A DNA stretch of 64,000 bases from Peribolospora baueri (taxonomy: Eukaryota). Shown piece by piece: positions 61,029-64,000 of this stretch (position 1 is the stretch's first letter; every line of letters begins with the position of its first letter). The position numbers and the translations under genes are program-made. Under the pieces are notes generated by a model. The model was not told the DNA's origin, did not search any database, and saw nothing but the letters and a program-made list of their open reading frames with translations. The DNA is taken from contig JAMDHS010000004.1 in NCBI GenBank assembly GCA_029717555.1, forward strand, positions 62,001 to 126,000, read 5' to 3'.

Positions 61029-64000
61029 ATGCCCCACCTTCCCCTGCACCCCCACCCGCACGGCTACCCCATCCCCGAGCCCGACGCCTCCTTCCCGCCC
61101 GCTTCCACTCTCAAGCCCGACGCCTCCCGCGTCACCGTCACCTCCGCCCTCGCTTCGGGCAAGTACAAGTCCCCTAGCGCGGCCGCCAAGGCGCTCTACC
61201 CGCTCCCGCCCGCTTGGAAGCGCTTCCTCCTCCGATGGAAGATCAAGGAGGAGCTCACCGAGGGTAGGGCGCCCGTCAAGGGCCATCGCAACCGGTGGAG
61301 GCACCGCCATAAGACCGCAGGCGAGCCTAGCCCCGAGGATATCGAGGACGCCAGGAGGTTTGGGGGATACGCCGAAACGGAGAAAGAGGGGAAGCCCAGC
61401 GAATTATATCTCAAGGTGGGTGTCTCTCTCTCCGTCGTCCTCATCTCTTCCCTCGACTGCAGGCGTGAAAGCGTCGTGCTCACCACCTCCGTCTCCTCTT
61501 CTCCGCCTGTTCTTACTCGCTCCCTCAGATCCTCTCCGACTGCCTCCTCACCCTCGACCGGTCCCCGCTCTGCGACGTTCTCTCTCCGCCTCTGATCGCT
61601 ACCACCGGCATCCTTCCCCTCTCCATTTTTTCCACAGGCCCGGACATCATCGGCCACTACTTTGACTGCATCGTCTCCGCCAAGAAAGAGGTCGTCCTGC
61701 TCACCAACTATTGGCAGCGCGGCGAAAACGTCGAAACCATCTCCCGTGGGCTGCGCGAGTTGAATGCCAAATTGGCCGATAGGAAGAAAAGGTGGAAGGA
61801 AAAGTTGGAGAGGGAGAAGGCCGCCGGCCAGCAGGATAAAAAGAACAAAGAAGGGAACGGAGATGCAACTCCCAATGCCAATGGCCACGGAAACGGCCAC
61901 GCAGCCCCGCCGGAGAACGTCGAGACCGCCGGTGCCGCTCCGGATGGCATCGATGACGAAGAGCAAGAGCCACCGGAGAAGATCGTGGTAAAGATCATGT
62001 GAGCGTCGTCGTGTCGCCCCGCTTACGCCTTCCACTCCCTCTCGCTTCTCGACTGACTTGGCCTTTCTGCCTTTTACCGCGGCGTAGGTGGGATCGCGGT
62101 CCACAGTCGCTCAAGGACTTGTTCAGGAAGCGGCAGTACTGCTTGCCGAGTAACTACAAGTCTAACGGGTTGCCCTCCTGCGAAGAGGTACCGAATTTGG
62201 ACATGGAGGTGCTGTAAGTACCCGCTTACTTGACCTTCTCCTCAGACCCGTCGGTGAAATTGGGTGGACCTTGCTTAAGGAGTCGACTAGCCGCTTTGCT
62301 TTGTTTGACCCTCCTGTCCCTCCGTCCGCCTTTTGTTTCGTGCAGCAACTACCATCGACCGCTGATGGGAACCTTCCACTGCAAGATCCTCCTCGTCGAT
62401 AGACAGGTGGCCCTCGTCAACTCTAACAACATCCAGGATAGGCCCAACCTGGAGGCTTGCGTCCGCCTCGAGGGCGATATCGTCAATTGTGAGTCGATCG
62501 TCTTGGCTCGTTCGGGTGCCGAACTCTCCGTCGCACGAAGCGGTGGTATCGTTGACTTTTTTTTGTCGACGCGCAGCCGTGTATGACCACTTCCTTCTCA
62601 CATGGGGCAACGAGCCCCAGCCTGCCATGCCATGTATCGCCGACCCCGCACCGGCGCAGCCGCCGCCGGAAGCGTTCGGTCCACTCAACGAGACGCTCCC
62701 CAAAATGACCATTGACACCCTCCGCGACGCCGCTCAGAGAGCCCGCGACCGGCTCAACAAGAACGACCGAGAGGCGCACTCGCCCGTCACTCCTTCTCAC
62801 CCTAGCCCCCTCAGCGGTTGGCCCAGCTTCCACGGCGCATTCGGCATGAGCGGCGAGGATCAACCCGGTCCCGGCCACGCCCATGATCAAGGACACGGGG
62901 CGCAGGGACAAGGACAAGGACAAGGACAAGGACAAGGACAAGGAAGGCTCCACCTTGCGGACGTTGTCGAGGCTGTCATGAAGAGGGGCCAGATGGGCGG
63001 TGGAAGCGCGGGGACGAACAAGAACAGACCCGCCAGCGCGGGGCAGGCCGAGAAGGATGCCGCTAAACCTCTCGCTGTCGCCGTCGAGAAGCTCAAGGCG
63101 GAGGCGAAGCTGGACAAGCCAGCACAGGGTGAAGAGGCAGGTGCTCCCAAGGATGCCACGCCCGCCGTCGAAGGAGGCGAGGACGGCGCTGGAACCGCGT
63201 TTAAAACGGAGACGGAGAAGATCCTCTTCCCACCCCAGCTCGCTCAGGAGTCGTCGGCCGACGGTCCGACTATCGCGACCGACGGGAACGGGAGCAGCGC
63301 CGCCGCGACGCCAGATGTTCGGGTCTTGACCACGACTGGCGAATCGTCCCCCGGCGCTGGCGCCGCGAACGAGGAGGGGGAGGCGTCTCAAAAGGAAAAC
63401 GCCGCGTCTCATCTCTGCGTGCCGTCGTCCACGGACCCTGCGCCCACGGGCCGTGTACGGTCAAGCTCCACCGCCTCGTCCGTGCGCGCCGCCGGGGTGA
63501 CGCCCGGCTCCGAAGCGGTGCAAAACCACCGTCTGAACCTCTCCAAGCATTCGAACGCGAGCGTAGCCGAGCGCTTGGGCCACATCACCCGCTCGCTCAA
63601 CTTTGCCAACAATTCCCCTCTTAAGGGATATATCACCCCGGACGACGAGCAGGTATATAAGCAGGCGGCTGATTTTTGGGATTTTACCCCTTTTGTCTTT
63701 CACCGCCCGCATGCGCCTTTCCCGATGACCTTGGTCAATCGGAGGCCGCACGGCACGCCGGGACATTCGGGTGAGTTTCACGTTCGTCTTATCTCGTGGG
63801 GTTTTTTATTTACCACGATTCTCATCCTCACGTCCCGTTTTTCACTCACAGACATCCGCAACCCACAGGATGCTGCATGGCTCGCGGCGATGCGCTACGC
63901 TCGCAAGGTCATCTTTATCCAATCCCCCACGCTCAACGCGTCGCCTATCAAGGCAGCCGTGCTAAGCGCAGCGAGGAGACACGTCAAAGTCATCCTCTGG
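61029..64000 (+). CDS. Phospholipase D superfamily (HKD) protein, 3' truncated by window end
   Basis: Contains EVVLLTNYW, VKIM|WDRG, NYHRPLMGTFHCKILLVDRQVALVNSNNIQDRPNLE (HxKxxxxD), PFPMTLVNRRPHG, NPQDAAWLAA and FIQSPTLNA. The second HKD would lie beyond the window. Confidence 0.85.
62906..62944 (+). repeat. (GGACAA)6 coding hexanucleotide repeat (Gly-Gln)
   Basis: Six perfect copies inside the low-complexity insert of the PLD gene. Confidence 0.9.

Overview
GC-rich, intron-dense eukaryotic DNA with GTGAGT/GTGCGT donors, CTGAC branch points and YAG acceptors. It looks like a basidiomycete fungus, probably Pucciniomycotina-like; that placement is inferred from intron style and gene content. 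I spliced 19 protein-coding genes by hand: DUF1770-like, Sac7-type RhoGAP, NDP kinase with a mitochondrial presequence, Ser-rich GPI-anchored cupredoxin, Eos1-like, MAD1, DJ-1/Hsp31, S10 serine carboxypeptidase, F-box/WD40, LRR protein, PPR-like, a second F-box protein, a stand-alone GAF-like protein, allantoate-family MFS permease, CE4 chitin deacetylase, purine-cytosine permease, SQS1 (R3H/G-patch), an uncharacterised possibly transposon-derived protein, and a PLD-family gene truncated by the window end. A possible DNA-transposon remnant lies at the left edge. I found no tRNA, rRNA, CRISPR array or intact mobile element, and no clear multi-gene novel system. The best leads are a 5-nt micro-exon next to a catalytic His, two GC-AG introns, an orphan GAF-like sensor, a C14orf93-like protein and a GATA-site cluster. 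Family assignments come from motif recognition, not database searches.
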